Source: Balanoglossus misakiensis
Lineage: Eukaryota; Animalia; Hemichordata
Assembly: GCA_040954595.2 (NCBI GenBank)
Contig: CM082596.2
Span: forward strand, 10,780,454-10,844,453
Reading direction: 5' to 3'
Length of the DNA stretch: 64,000 nt
Part shown: positions 63,546 through 64,000 of the stretch, piece by piece
Position numbering within the stretch: position 1 is the first letter of the stretch
Layout: each line of letters opens with the position of its first letter
Program-made: the position numbers and the translations under genes
Notes under the pieces: model-generated
What the model was told of the DNA's origin: nothing
Databases searched by the model: none
Seen by the model: the letters and a program-made list of their open reading frames with translations, nothing else

Positions 63546-64000
63546 CTGCAAAGGTGGAAACACAAGGCATTACCACGTTAAAATTTTGAAAACTTAGCCA
63601 TGTTCCAGTATAGAACCTCAAGGGTTTTATTGTTCAAAGTTACAATCTTGATGATATTACATTGACTGCCTTGAAAGAAATTATGAAGTTTACAATGTGA
63701 ACTCAATCTTAACTCAAAATAGCAATACAAAATGCTAATATCATTACCTTCTCTTCTCCTTGATGTGCCTCATTAATTTGGCTGTTTGAATGGGAGACAG
63801 CGATTTCCGCAAAATCTTGCAAAACACTGAAGCTTCTCTCATTCATTTTCAATTCTGTAGTGGGGCTCTTTTGTTGTAGTTCTTCTAACACCTGCCTAGC
63901 ACATTTCTTGTTAGGTGTGGTGACCTCGAAAGGTGGAAACACAAGGCATTACCACGTTAATTTTTTGAAATCTTAGCCATTTTCCAGACTTCCAGTATAG
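63366..64000 (-). repeat. Tandem duplication (period 379 bp) of an intron end plus exon start of the transposase gene
   Basis: ITTPNKKCARRVLEDLQQKSPTTELKKNERNFSVLQDFAEIA (from 63545) vs VTTPNKKCARQVLEELQQKSPTTELKMNERSFSVLQDFAEIA (from 63924). The upstream intronic sequence is duplicated as well. Confidence 0.9.

Larger units (their letters stand above)
54852..64000. mobile_element. Putative large two-gene P-superfamily DNA transposon; right end lies outside the window
   Basis: Candidate terminus CATAGACCCTAGAGAAAAA at 54852, about 250 bp upstream of the plus-strand gene. It encloses two convergent genes, one of them a P/THAP9-type transposase. The matching TIR and TSD cannot be seen in this window. 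Confidence 0.6.

Noticed and set aside
61872-63563. Stand-alone 563-aa protein as given in the ORF track
   Set aside because: The start is intronic (acceptor at 63546-63548) and the stop is created by the inserted element. It is one part of a larger spliced transposase.

Overview
Eukaryotic (metazoan, probably marine invertebrate; inferred from spliced genes and the repeat families present) heterochromatin boundary. Bases 1-43581 are a head-to-tail 88-bp AT-rich satellite with nested higher-order duplications (about 0.9, 1.2, 1.4, 2.6, 2.9 and 9.25 kb). All ORFs called there are translation artefacts. The array ends abruptly at a ~6.6-kb quasi-palindrome (2.6-kb arms, 43582-46209 and 47618-50204) made of a dead CR1/L2-type LINE, a Helentron-type (HINE) end and unclassified sequence, with a small TIR element exactly at the inner arm breakpoint. 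A patchwork of non-autonomous elements follows, including two unrelated families that share one design: a short terminal IR, a subterminal IR and a long terminal hairpin. From ~54852 to the window end is a probable large two-gene P-family (THAP9-like) transposon. It has a spliced, now disrupted transposase gene on the minus strand that stops soon after the last catalytic Glu. Facing it is an intact 3-exon gene (C2H2 finger plus a YxxGY...RGGL domain) that resembles the C-terminal domain the transposase lacks. Several CATAGACCC terminal-repeat remnants, including an apparent excision footprint, lie inside it. All calls come from reading the sequence; no database searches were run.
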